A stretch of 64,000 nucleotides of DNA from Candidatus Hodarchaeum mangrovi (GCA_016839515.1 JAEOUE010000207.1:1-64000), one strand, 5' to 3'. Counted from the first letter of the stretch, positions 20,025 to 30,037 are shown. Notes: generated from the sequence alone by a model not told the origin. Program-made: numbers and translations.

Positions 20025-20096
20025 TCGCCCCGCCCAGATTCGAACTGGGGTCACGAAGCCAAAACTTCGCATGATGGTCCTCTACACTACGGGGCT
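20025..20096 (-). tRNA. tRNA-Gln(TTG), atypical (6-nt anticodon loop, A1-G72)
   Basis: AGCCCCGTAGTGTAGAGGACCATCATGCGAAGTTTTGGCTTCGTGACCCCAGTTCGAATCTGGGCGGGGCGA. Confidence 0.8.
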
Positions 20097-20098
20097 TA

Positions 20099-20314
20099 TT
20101 ATTGTTCTTCTGGTGTCCAAAATACTTCTATGGCCTCAACAGGGCAAACTACTTCACAAGCACGACATTCAAAACAAAGATGAGAATCAGTCACCTGAAT
20201 AATCCTAGAATTACTAGAAGAGGATTTTTTTATTTTAAGAATCTCTGCAGGACAACTCCGAATGCACTTTAAACATAGTGTGCAGAGATCTTGATTAATA
20301 ACTATATTCGGAAT
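20099..20314 (-). CDS. 2x[4Fe-4S] ferredoxin (ATT start; missed by ORF track)
   Basis: IPNIVINQDLCTLCLKCIRSCPAE..CFECRACEVVCPVEAI; GAGGTG SD 5 nt before ATT. Confidence 0.9.
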   Translation of the reverse strand: MPNIVINQDLCTLCLKCIRSCPAEILKIKKSSSSNSRIIQVTDSHLCFECRACEVVCPVEAIEVFWTPEEQ

Positions 20315-20325
20315 AGAGACACCTC

Positions 20326-22407
20326 TTATTTGGTAAGGAGAGATCTTAATTCGATTAAAACTTTGTCTATATCATTATTTGCTTTCCGAAGCTGTTTATC
20401 ATAATTTAGCTTTAGCTTCGCATAAGCTTCTTTACCTATCCTTCCTTGGGTTTTCTTTTTCTCAAGTGAATCAATGTTTAGAAGGATAGCTTCACGATTT
20501 GCTTCTGCTACCTCGATTGATCGCATTGAAACACGATATTTAGTTCCTTCATCAGAGAGCTTACTTGATACATTTACTAATGCTCGATCCATTCTTTGTT
20601 GACGATTCAGTAATATTGTCCGTGTTTGCTCGAATTCTCTTGCACTAATATTTTTAGATTTTCTTTTTTTATCAAGGCGGATGATTTGCTCTCTTAAAGC
20701 AGTTTTTTCTTCATATGATTTCACAAATTCTCTAATTAGATCTAGAGGTATTTCCTCAATAACGATTCCTCTAGGTCGCAACCCAAATGAGAGATTCCGA
20801 GCTAAGGCATAAATTATACCTAAAGATAAGAAGAAGAAGGATATTGAAAGAGGAACTTTGAAAAATACAAATGGATCCAATCCAAAATCAATATTAATAA
20901 TTTTATTGCTCAATGGGGTTATATCAGTAAAATTAATTTGTACTCCTGGTTTATTAAATATTCCAAATCCGATTCCAAGTTCACGTTTTTGGATAGATTT
21001 ATTTAATGTGGCTTGACGTAATGTAGCTGTTTCAATTGTTTCAACGAATTTTTGCCTGCTATATGAAGACCCATGAGGAACAAAGATGTTTAGTTCAAAT
21101 TCCCTTACAGTCCAATTAAAGTTCATGGAAAGAGGAATAGATAATCTAACTTTCCCTCCTCCACGATCTTTTACTAGCTCCGAGACGGGTTCACGATATG
21201 AAAGATAAAGATGATATTCAGCATCCTGTTCAATTTCAATTCGAGGATACACTTCAAGGGATTTCTTTTGAAGAACTGAATCAAAAACAACGGAGGGAGT
21301 GAGGTTTCCATAATTGTCATGCATCCCTATTTTACCAGCATACCTAGGAAGATAGAATCCAATAGTATTAAATGTTGGTCCACCGAGATTAGTAGATAAA
21401 ACTGGTCCAGATTTCAATCCAATATTTTTAATTAAAATTTCATGTTTTGTATATACATATCCCCATTCTGACATCTCAATTGTCGTCTTTAGTTGAGAAA
21501 ATTCAATTTTAGTTTCTGCAAATTGATAATAATCAAAGCTTAGATATAAAGAGAGATTTTGGGCCAAAGATGGAGAAAATGCTGGGATAAAACTTTTATT
21601 TTCTAAAGCTACCATGTCATAATTATAATCAGAGCTATTCAAGATCGTACGATTTATTCCCGTAATTTCTGTGATATTATTAAAGACAATTCCTTGGGTT
21701 GATTGTATTGAAGAACCTGTATAATTCGATTTTCTAGGCAAAATGGTCTCATTTTTAATTTTGACTTCTATTTCTGTCCCTACCTTCCAATCAATATCAT
21801 ATTTTGTTATTGGTATTGAAATTAAGGGAATAAAACTCATATTAAAATGATAAGGATAAGCAGTTTCTGCCAATTGATTATTCTTATCAAATGAGACTGC
21901 ATTTAAGTGATCCATGACAATAACTAAAATTGTGTTTTCTCCTGTATCAATATCAGGAAATTTAATTGTGATAGTACATGAGTCATTTCCTAGAAAACTC
22001 TGCCACTCAGTTTGTTGTTCCTCGGTGTCATTAGAAGAGAAAATTTTGATAAACTTGCTATCATCATATTCATGTATTGGTAAAGTCAAATTTATGGCAT
22101 TAATTATATTTGAATCATTGTTAAATATCCGAAGCTCAGTTCTAGAGGTTGTATAGCCATATTCGTTAGCTCGAATTACTCGACTAACATTTATTGTGTG
22201 ACTAGTTGAGTCAAAATTCCTAACATCAAAAAAATGAAGATCTTCCAGATTAAATTCATTAGTCTTCATTTGTAAACGTGGTTGAGTAGATTCATATACT
22301 TGAAGATTAATATTACTATTTAGTGCAATTATCATCGATAAAATTATAAAAATAATGAACAAACGATTAAACTGGGATCCTAGCAATTTTTTCATATAAT
22401 TATGCAC
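20326..22407 (-). CDS. Ribophorin I (OST1/RPN1)-like protein
   Basis: Signal/TM, two lumenal repeats (RVIRANEYG; TTIEMSEWG..DNYGNLT..YPR), TM, cytoplasmic coiled coil. Confidence 0.75.
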   Translation of the reverse strand: MHNYMKKLLGSQFNRLFIIFIILSMIIALNSNINLQVYESTQPRLQMKTNEFNLEDLHFFDVRNFDSTSHTINVSRVIRANEYGYTTSRTELRIFNNDSNIINAINLTLPIHEYDDSKFIKIFSSNDTEEQQTEWQSFLGNDSCTITIKFPDIDTGENTILVIVMDHLNAVSFDKNNQLAETAYPYHFNMSFIPLISIPITKYDIDWKVGTEIEVKIKNETILPRKSNYTGSSIQSTQGIVFNNITEITGINRTILNSSDYNYDMVALENKSFIPAFSPSLAQNLSLYLSFDYYQFAETKIEFSQLKTTIEMSEWGYVYTKHEILIKNIGLKSGPVLSTNLGGPTFNTIGFYLPRYAGKIGMHDNYGNLTPSVVFDSVLQKKSLEVYPRIEIEQDAEYHLYLSYREPVSELVKDRGGGKVRLSIPLSMNFNWTVREFELNIFVPHGSSYSRQKFVETIETATLRQATLNKSIQKRELGIGFGIFNKPGVQINFTDITPLSNKIINIDFGLDPFVFFKVPLSISFFFLSLGIIYALARNLSFGLRPRGIVIEEIPLDLIREFVKSYEEKTALREQIIRLDKKRKSKNISAREFEQTRTILLNRQQRMDRALVNVSSKLSDEGTKYRVSMRSIEVAEANREAILLNIDSLEKKKTQGRIGKEAYAKLKLNYDKQLRKANNDIDKVLIELRSLLTK

Positions 22408-22942
22408 CTTAGAATCTGTCTTTGAATATGAACGGAATATAAGTGTTTTATGAAATGTGCTTAATCAGATTTTCTTTCCGAATAGGCCGAATCTTACTAT
22501 TTTGGACTCGTTTTGATAGATATAATATAGTTTATCTTTTCTTACATAATTCTTCTTCATGGCTTTAAGGGGTATTTAACAACCTAAATTGATAAACTAG
22601 GGCAATTGATGATGATAAGTTCTATTTGAAATTTTTAATATCAATAAAATCTATCTAGTTTAATAAAATTTGTTTAACTGAAGGAAAATAGTCGATTGTA
22701 GCTAGAATTAGCTAATTTACTTTATTAGAGAGAGATTTTTTAGCATTTACTCATCTATTTTCTTAGAAATTAAATGTTACAAAAGAAAAAGAATAAATTC
22801 CTTTCTTAATTCCGATAGCCATGAAGGTAAACCAACGAAATACATCATTTTACCCTAGTGAAATATTATATTGGATTACCTAAGTTTACCAAATCATTCA
22901 TATGTTTGAAAGAAAATTTGGTTTATATTTGAGGATAAAATT

Positions 22943-24454
22943 ATGACATCTCGATTTCTTCAGGCTGTTCGCCCATTTATGTCAATCACTCCAGAGGTTA
23001 TAAAGCCAACTCGTGAAGTTCATTTCAATGAAAAATTAGTTTGGACCTTTGCTGCCTTAGTCATTTATTTTGTTATGGCATCTACCCCAATAATTGGTGC
23101 TGATCTTGGAGAGGCAGATCCTTTCGCCTTTATGAGAACTATTACTGCATCAACTCAAGGTTCCTTAGCTGAACTTGGAATAGGGCCTATAGTAACTGCA
23201 GGATTAATTATGCAAATTCTTGTTGGTTCAAAAATCATTAATGTGAACATGGGTGATCCAGAAGAACGTTCATTATATACTGGTGCCCAAAAAGTCATGT
23301 CAGTGTTGATGACAATCATTGAAGCTTCTGCATTTCTTATTGGTGGAACATACGGATCTAATTTAACCCTCCCAGACCAACTTGCTATTATTGGTCAATT
23401 ATTAACAGCGGGTATCATTATAATTCTTCTTGATGAAATGGTTCAGAAAGGATGGGGACTTGGTTCAGGAATTTCCCTCTTCATTGCTGGAGGAGTGGGA
23501 TTACAGATTTTTACAGGTCTTTTCTCTGTTCAAGTCCTTTATGAAGGCCCTCAGAATGTTCTTTCAAATCGAGGTATTTTAATGGCGTTTCTTGCTTGGT
23601 TAACAACTGAGGGTCCACTAGTTGCAATTGGGACATTATTCTTCAGATATAATCCTAACACATCATATAATTTAAATCTCCCCTCCTTGTCAATCCTCTC
23701 ATTAATAGCTACAATAGTTGTATTCATTATAGTTATCTATTTTGAATCAATGAGAGTCGAAATTCCCATTTCTTATTCACAGTACAAAGGGATGAGATCT
23801 ACCTATCCAATCAAACTCCTATACGTCTCAAATATCCCTGTAATTCTGACTTCCGCAGTCTTTGCAGACATTTATTTTATTGCTCAAATGGTGTGGAATG
23901 CAGCAGGACGAGAAGCAGCTTCAAACAATTTATTGGCTCAAATATTAGGTCTTTTTGAAGTTGATGCAGCTTCAGAACAATTTGTCCCAAAAAGCGGATT
24001 GGTTTATTTTTTAACACCACCACGGTCACTAGTAGGAGACTTAGGTGTTTTAGATCCCTCTAATCCTGCCGGTTCAATAGTAAGAGCATTTGTTTATGCG
24101 ATAATATTGATAATACTCTCTGTAGTATTTTCAGTCATGTGGCTTGAGACTGCAGGTATGGGGCCCCGTGATGTAGCATCACAATTTTTACAATCGGGAA
24201 TGCAAATGCCAGGATGGCGTCGAAATAAAAAAATTGTAGAAAGAAGATTAGAAATGTATATTCCAACCATAGCAGTTATAGGAGGATTATTTATAGGAAC
24301 ATTAGCTGCTTTTGCAGACTTTTTAGGTGCAATTGGTTCAGGAATGGGAATTCTGCTTTCAGTGAGTATTATGCGACAATATTTCGAATTAATAAGTAAA
24401 GAACGTGTTGCAGAAATGAATCCTGCATTACGGGGATTCTTAGGGATTTCATAA
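22943..24454 (+). CDS. secY: Preprotein translocase SecY/Sec61alpha
   Basis: GSLAELGIGPIVTAGLIMQIL, KGWGLGSGISLFI, YPIKLLYVSNIPVIL, GSGMGILL. Confidence 0.97.
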   Translation: MTSRFLQAVRPFMSITPEVIKPTREVHFNEKLVWTFAALVIYFVMASTPIIGADLGEADPFAFMRTITASTQGSLAELGIGPIVTAGLIMQILVGSKIINVNMGDPEERSLYTGAQKVMSVLMTIIEASAFLIGGTYGSNLTLPDQLAIIGQLLTAGIIIILLDEMVQKGWGLGSGISLFIAGGVGLQIFTGLFSVQVLYEGPQNVLSNRGILMAFLAWLTTEGPLVAIGTLFFRYNPNTSYNLNLPSLSILSLIATIVVFIIVIYFESMRVEIPISYSQYKGMRSTYPIKLLYVSNIPVILTSAVFADIYFIAQMVWNAAGREAASNNLLAQILGLFEVDAASEQFVPKSGLVYFLTPPRSLVGDLGVLDPSNPAGSIVRAFVYAIILIILSVVFSVMWLETAGMGPRDVASQFLQSGMQMPGWRRNKKIVERRLEMYIPTIAVIGGLFIGTLAAFADFLGAIGSGMGILLSVSIMRQYFELISKERVAEMNPALRGFLGIS

Positions 24455-24539
24455 TAAATCCTTTTTTCTATTCCACAATTGTTCTTTTCTTTATTTTCTA
24501 AAGTTAATATAACAGAAATTATCTTTTAACTGAAGGATT

Positions 24540-25883
24540 TCAGTTTCTAATAGCTATTTTCAGAATTATTAGTCCAATCAAGCTAATTGAGAATAAAAAA
24601 CTAAGCCCCCCAAAAAATTTAAGAGAATCTAGGATATTACCAATTAATGTAAACCCAATTAGCGATATCAAGAGATTTACAGTATTATAAACCGATTCTT
24701 GAGAACTCCGATATTTTGGGGATGTAATTTGATAATAAACTTCCCAATAAAACCCAGTAGCTAATCCTGAAATTATTACTTTTATCAAGAATAATATAAT
24801 ATATCCTAAAACCTTTACAATGGTTGGAATTTCTAATAATAGCAAGATTATATAGAAACACCAGATAACGGGGTAGTTAAGAAAATAAAATTTTATCAAA
24901 CTTTCAACTGATGATTTAGAAAACTGGGATATGTGACCTGAAAATCGACAAGCGATTGCATAAATAAGATCTGATGATGCTAATGTAATTGAAGCAAGGA
25001 GAGTAGCAATATCAGCAAAATTATAGATTGGTCTCCCAACTATTTTAAAACCAAAAATTTCGTCATATAATAAAGCAATAAAAATAATGGTATTAAATGA
25101 TGTGGAAGTAAAACCAATCAAAGAAAAACTGAGAAAATATGGAATAACATGAAAATATCTCTGTTTTAATGATAAGGATTTACTGTGTGCTACGAAATGA
25201 GTATTAGAATTGTTTTTTAATTTTGGGCTTTGCTTTACATCGTCTCGTTTTAATTGTGGATTTTTTATGAATTTAAAGCCTAAAATTATACCTAAAATAG
25301 ATATTAGGGCCTGAAAAAAGAAGATAAATTCTGGTGTGATGTTTTTTTCTTGGAGAAGTAGACCTCCCAGTAATATTGCGCCACTCACAATCAAAGTTTT
25401 GGTAAAGTTAAGTGATCCCATTATAGAACGAAATATTGATTTATCTTCATTTGGGGAAAAATATTCCCAAGAGTTCATGAACCAAGAAATATATGATCCT
25501 GACAATAAAGCAGAGTAGATTCCTACAATAATCTCTAAAATAAGAAACTCCAAAGGTGTTACTGCAAATATAATTCCTATATAATATGATGCTAAACAAA
25601 AAAGAGCACTACAGAAAGCTAACCGTTGGCCAAATTTATCTGTTAAAATTCCAAGAGGAATATCAAATCCAGCACCTATAAGCATACCAATAGACACAAT
25701 TATTCCAAATAAGGAATATGAACCAAGTTTATTAATATAATAGAGGGATATCCAAGCATAAGAAAGATATATTCCAGAGACTGTTGCCTGTAAACTAATA
25801 TATTTAATGCTTAATAACTGAAGTTCTTTAGGAAAATTATTTAATCCTAAAAACTTGTTAAAGAAAGCCATAATAAACCTCAT
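24540..25883 (-). CDS. MFS transporter
   Basis: DIPLGILTDKFGQR motif A; about 12 TM. Confidence 0.85.
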   Translation of the reverse strand: MRFIMAFFNKFLGLNNFPKELQLLSIKYISLQATVSGIYLSYAWISLYYINKLGSYSLFGIIVSIGMLIGAGFDIPLGILTDKFGQRLAFCSALFCLASYYIGIIFAVTPLEFLILEIIVGIYSALLSGSYISWFMNSWEYFSPNEDKSIFRSIMGSLNFTKTLIVSGAILLGGLLLQEKNITPEFIFFFQALISILGIILGFKFIKNPQLKRDDVKQSPKLKNNSNTHFVAHSKSLSLKQRYFHVIPYFLSFSLIGFTSTSFNTIIFIALLYDEIFGFKIVGRPIYNFADIATLLASITLASSDLIYAIACRFSGHISQFSKSSVESLIKFYFLNYPVIWCFYIILLLLEIPTIVKVLGYIILFLIKVIISGLATGFYWEVYYQITSPKYRSSQESVYNTVNLLISLIGFTLIGNILDSLKFFGGLSFLFSISLIGLIILKIAIRN

Positions 25884-27259
25884 TATGAAGAATGGGGAGA
25901 CTTCAAGGAATAAGCTAAACTGGAGATTAAACTAAAATTCACGATTGGAAATTGTTGAGAATTAATCTCGCCTCCTGAAAGGATAATGAGGTATGGAGTG
26001 TTTCCAAGGTGATTTTTAAATTTTGAGACATATTGATCAAATCTGTCTCCAATTATCATTGCTCTATTTGCACAATCGAAAAAGAGGCCAAATTTTATTG
26101 GGGAGGCATTAAGTGTTTCTAAAGTTAGATCTAATGTCTCTTCGATCGTAATTGCACTCTGACATGTCAAATAAGCTCTTAACTTTTCTGAATTTTTAGT
26201 CTTAAGCTTTTTCGCTAATTGATTTGGAGCAGTTAATAGTCCGTGCTTTAAATTGGGATTTATAGCTAATCCATATAGATTTATATCTTTATTTTCATCT
26301 AAAATACATAAAGGACGATGAGGGAGATAATAAAAGTACCGTTGAGTGATTTCTTCAAGGATTTCAGGAGTCTGTTCCATATCATACAATTTTAATAGAG
26401 CATTAGCTCCCCATTCTCCATTGATCCTTGGAATGAATCCTCCATCTAAGTAACTATCAATTTCAAGTTCCTTATTCCGTAATGGGGTTGCTCCAGAGTC
26501 TGTATGGCTCACAAATTCTAATTCAGATGAACTGAGTGAAACGAAAGCCAAAGAATCCTTATAAGCTTGATAATCATAGAATTGATATGATTTATTCATC
26601 GTTAATGCATCAGTCCCAAAACTCCCTGTAAAATGAATGTTTCTAGAAAATAACGAGGTAAATAATGGCCATGCACATGAATAAGATATTCCAATACCTA
26701 AAAGATCCATAAGAAAACTTGTAATCTTTCCTGAAAATGAAGAGAAGATCGGAAAATTCTTCCAAATTCTGTTGTTCAAAATAAAAAATGGATTAAATCC
26801 CTCTATTCGATGATTCAATAAATTAACCATAAATTTAGGAAAACCCAACCCAGGAGGAAAAAAAAGAAAAGAAGTGTTTAGATGTTTATTTGTTTTTATG
26901 ATCATATCACAAAGTGATAAGGCTTTTCGTGATTTCAATCTATTAAAAATTCTAAATCTTTTAATAACATGAGTTTGTGCAACAATATCTGATAACATCA
27001 TAATTGCTGCACCTTTTAATCCATAATCATGATGATGAGCAATACCAACTCCCGAGCATCCAACCATGGGAACTTCAGGATAGTTCTTTTGTATTATTGA
27101 CATAGCTCTATCATAGGTTTTACTTCCCCCTTTGTGAGACCCAGTAAAATATAAAATTATAGTAGGATCTTCATTAAGTTCAGCAGAGGCTTTTTTTAAG
27201 GCTTTAGAGGTTGAATAATTTAAATCATGATTAATATTAAGACCAACAGATCCTTTCAA
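25883..27259 (-). CDS. FIST signal-transduction domain protein
   Basis: PMVGCSGVG (FIST-N); FFDCANR and GGEI (FIST-C). Confidence 0.75.
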   Translation of the reverse strand: MKGSVGLNINHDLNYSTSKALKKASAELNEDPTIILYFTGSHKGGSKTYDRAMSIIQKNYPEVPMVGCSGVGIAHHHDYGLKGAAIMMLSDIVAQTHVIKRFRIFNRLKSRKALSLCDMIIKTNKHLNTSFLFFPPGLGFPKFMVNLLNHRIEGFNPFFILNNRIWKNFPIFSSFSGKITSFLMDLLGIGISYSCAWPLFTSLFSRNIHFTGSFGTDALTMNKSYQFYDYQAYKDSLAFVSLSSSELEFVSHTDSGATPLRNKELEIDSYLDGGFIPRINGEWGANALLKLYDMEQTPEILEEITQRYFYYLPHRPLCILDENKDINLYGLAINPNLKHGLLTAPNQLAKKLKTKNSEKLRAYLTCQSAITIEETLDLTLETLNASPIKFGLFFDCANRAMIIGDRFDQYVSKFKNHLGNTPYLIILSGGEINSQQFPIVNFSLISSLAYSLKSPHSS

Positions 27260-27262
27260 AAC

Positions 27263-27700
27263 TTATCCTCCAATTTGTTTTTTAGTATCAATAATCAATC
27301 CAATCCTTTTGGCACTACGACTCATCTCTATTTCCATTAATCCTGTATTAGCCTTTGATTGTAGAACTATAACCAGAATACTAGATCGACCTGCCAAATA
27401 AAAGTAAACAGGTACTCTTATACTCTCTGTTATCATTTTATTATATTTAATTGATCTTGAACCACTTTGAAGCTCTTCCATTGTTTTAGAAATTATACTT
27501 TTAACCCAGCTACTTATAATCAATAGATTTTGGGAGAATTTTTCAGGGTGTCGAGTCTTTAAAACCTGTCCATCTAAACGAAAAAGTAATATTGCAATCA
27601 CATCTTCATATTCAGACAAATATGAAAGTTCTAAATCAAGAAAATTAAAAACTGATCTATTAAAAACAGTTTTTTCTGAAAATTTATTGGCTAGCGTCAT
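27263..27700 (-). CDS. Roadblock/LC7 domain protein
   Basis: AILLFRLDGQVL..AGRSSILVIVLQSKANTGLMEIEM. Confidence 0.75.
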   Translation of the reverse strand: MTLANKFSEKTVFNRSVFNFLDLELSYLSEYEDVIAILLFRLDGQVLKTRHPEKFSQNLLIISSWVKSIISKTMEELQSGSRSIKYNKMITESIRVPVYFYLAGRSSILVIVLQSKANTGLMEIEMSRSAKRIGLIIDTKKQIGG

Positions 27701-28445
27701 TTATTTTCAAACCTACGTTCAATTCAAAACTAATTGGTTGAGGAGTTTCAGAATGTGCGGAACCTCTAAATTTTCTAATCCTTAGTGTCCTGTTATATAA
27801 TCCCCCAAGTCCAATATGTTCAAGCTCAATGATTGAATCTGCTAGGAATAATGGTACCCGTGCAAGTGTTTCTCCAAAGCCCTTTTCAATTGTAATTACT
27901 GATGTACCAATTTTTCTTAAAGAAGTGAAAATTCTGTTAATTGCGTTTCTTTGTTGATTTACATCAGGAATTTCAAGTAAAAGAGGAGTTAAAGGATCGA
28001 TTGCTACCCGAATCCCACCTGAATAATGAGCTGATGTTTCCCGTATTACCTCTAAATATTTAGGTAATTCAGACATAAAAAATCTTAATCCGATCTCTCC
28101 AGAGGTAAGATTGGAATCTTCACTGAAAGCAACTTGAAATTGAAGAGTACCTCGTTTATATTTATCCTCAAAAGATGATAAACCGATTTCACGACAGTCT
28201 CTTAGCACTGAATCCAAATTTTGTTCTAAAGTCACATATAGTGCGGGAGAATTAAGGTCTTGAGAACAATATTGCCAACAAAAGGTTGACTTCCCACATC
28301 CAGGATCTGCAATAATAACATTCACTGAGTTTTCGCGGAAACCACCATATACTAACGTGTCAAAACCTGGTACACCACTTTGGATGCGATTGGAGTTTTG
28401 AACTTTCATTTTGTTAAATAATTTTTGCAAAAAGTTACACCTCAT
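27684..28445 (-). CDS. KaiC/RAD55 (ArlH-like) single-domain ATPase
   Basis: SGVPGFDTLVYGG, ADPGCGKST, YVTLEQ, FLADSIIEL, RTLRIRKFRGSAH; true start probably TTG 28430 or ATG 28409. Confidence 0.88.
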   Translation of the reverse strand: MRCNFLQKLFNKMKVQNSNRIQSGVPGFDTLVYGGFRENSVNVIIADPGCGKSTFCWQYCSQDLNSPALYVTLEQNLDSVLRDCREIGLSSFEDKYKRGTLQFQVAFSEDSNLTSGEIGLRFFMSELPKYLEVIRETSAHYSGGIRVAIDPLTPLLLEIPDVNQQRNAINRIFTSLRKIGTSVITIEKGFGETLARVPLFLADSIIELEHIGLGGLYNRTLRIRKFRGSAHSETPQPISFELNVGLKINDASQ

Positions 28446-28973
28446 GACATAATTAGGATTTTAAGAATTTAAATGGGGAATTAGGGTTGTTAAAAAAATT
28501 TAGTTTGATTAACCGATTAACTGAAGGTAAATTATTTTTGAAAAAACTAATCAAAATTAAAGAATCTTTAAAATAGCTTTTAAAGGTCTTAATACGTTTA
28601 TGTTTTTTAATAAACTCTAATGAAATAATTTTACTTTTTTTAAGTGAAAATGTGTCTATTTTTGTTTCGATGAGAAAAAATGGAAACACAAAATTAATGA
28701 AATAAACCCATTTTGACAACAAATAAAGGATGAATAAGTCGATTATTATCCTTGAATGAAGCATAATTATTAATTTTTGACTTAATCCGAGAAAAAATAA
28801 GCTTGCAATAAAAATCCTTGAAAGTACTGTATTAAAAATCCCTATTTTTTCTAAAATAAGAAAATCAAGTGATCTGCTTCTTTCGATTGGTTTCATCCTA
28901 AATAATTCCACCAATCGAAAATATTCCTTTACTAAATATAATCTCACTAAAATCTTTAATCTTTGAACAACTT

Positions 28974-28986
28974 GGGACCTTATAAA
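28974..28986 (+). promoter_or_regulatory. GGGACC-TTATAAA promoter of pilin gene
   Basis: Exact 13-mer shared with 4969-4981 and 8606-8618. Confidence 0.65.
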
Positions 28987-29015
28987 AAGAACTTGTAAAA
29001 TTCTACTGATGATAA

Positions 29016-29231
29016 ATGAAGATTAATAAAAAACTGCTCAATCGATTATCATTCCTTAATAAAAGGATGAAAACTGACAAAAGAGGGTCTCCTCTAGTTG
29101 AAGAAGGGATATTAATCGGATTAGGTTTATTCGGGTTCCTCTTAATATTATCCATTGTTACTGGGGTTCTTGATTGGCTTTTACTTAATGCTGATAAATT
29201 ATTATCTGAATTAACTTCATTATTTCCTTAA
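29016..29231 (+). CDS. Small type IV (Flp-like) pilin with class III signal peptide
   Basis: Basic leader ..TDKRG / SPLVEEGILIGLGLFGFLLIL; E at +5 followed by a hydrophobic helix. Confidence 0.75.
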   Translation: MKINKKLLNRLSFLNKRMKTDKRGSPLVEEGILIGLGLFGFLLILSIVTGVLDWLLLNADKLLSELTSLFP

Positions 29232-29335
29232 AGTATGGAAAATTAAATCCTAAAATCAAAAAAAATAACCAGAGACTTCCTTTCTTCAAATTAATCTTAA
29301 TTCTGTCTAATTTTTAATCCCAGATAATTAGTTTA

Positions 29336-29410
29336 TGGACCGAGTGGGATTTGAACCCACGACCTCCTGGATGCAAACCAGGCGCTACTACCAAGCTGAG
29401 CTATCGGCCC
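29336..29410 (-). tRNA. tRNA-Ala(TGC)
   Basis: GGGCCGA..CCTGG-TT TGC AT-CCAGG..TTCAAAT..TCGGTCCA; G3-U70. Confidence 0.95.
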
Positions 29411-29455
29411 AAAGATTCAATTCCAGAACAAAAACCTTTTCTTTTTAAATATGTT

Positions 29456-30022
29456 TCAATCTTCTTCTAAAGGTGGTTCCTTCCAGATTCTTAGCGGTCT
29501 TTGCTTAGATTGAAACCGAATTTGTTCAAGATAACGATAAACCGTACTATGTCTTGAACCTTGAATAAGTTGTAGAATCGCCTCTTTAGCATAATTGATT
29601 TCCTCTAAGTTACCAATTAATGCAACTTGATTTCCAAAGACAGAAACATGTGTATCGGTACTAGTTTCTATAATATTACGCGTTTTTCCTTTTTCTCCTA
29701 TTATCCGAGATTTAATTCTTTTAATATTATTTTTGGTCCCTTCTAAGTCAATTGTTTCTAAAAAAATATCATCATCAAGGAGATAAAGAGCTTTTTCTGC
29801 ACTAAAACCCTTACCGATTGCTTTTACAATATCTCGGGCTTTTAAAACAAGCGTGGGATCTGTAGTATCAGGGGTTGATTTAATTATTACTGAACCATCA
29901 TCACTATTTACTAAAATACTTACCTGAGTAATAGATTCTATATCAGACTTTGTTTCTCCTTTTTTACCTATTAAAACCCCAATTCGTGATTTAGGAATTC
30001 GGATATGGCTATCAATTACCAT
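29456..30022 (-). CDS. KH-domain rRNA processing protein Dim2/Pno1
   Basis: RIGVLIGKKG, KARDIVKAIGKGF, RIIGEKGKTR, HSTVYRYLE. Confidence 0.92.
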   Translation of the reverse strand: MVIDSHIRIPKSRIGVLIGKKGETKSDIESITQVSILVNSDDGSVIIKSTPDTTDPTLVLKARDIVKAIGKGFSAEKALYLLDDDIFLETIDLEGTKNNIKRIKSRIIGEKGKTRNIIETSTDTHVSVFGNQVALIGNLEEINYAKEAILQLIQGSRHSTVYRYLEQIRFQSKQRPLRIWKEPPLEED

Positions 30023-30037
30023 TTTTTGCGCCTCTGA

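Noticed and set aside
20014-20202. 62-aa ORF
   Set aside because: Antisense shadow of tRNA-Gln and the ferredoxin.
20241-20289. Inverted repeat ATCTCTGCA..TGCAGAGAT as an ncRNA hairpin
   Set aside because: Falls inside the ferredoxin coding sequence.
28453-28947. 164-aa minus-strand ORF
   Set aside because: Low-complexity F/I/K/L composition typical of AT-rich intergenic DNA between divergent promoters; no motif.
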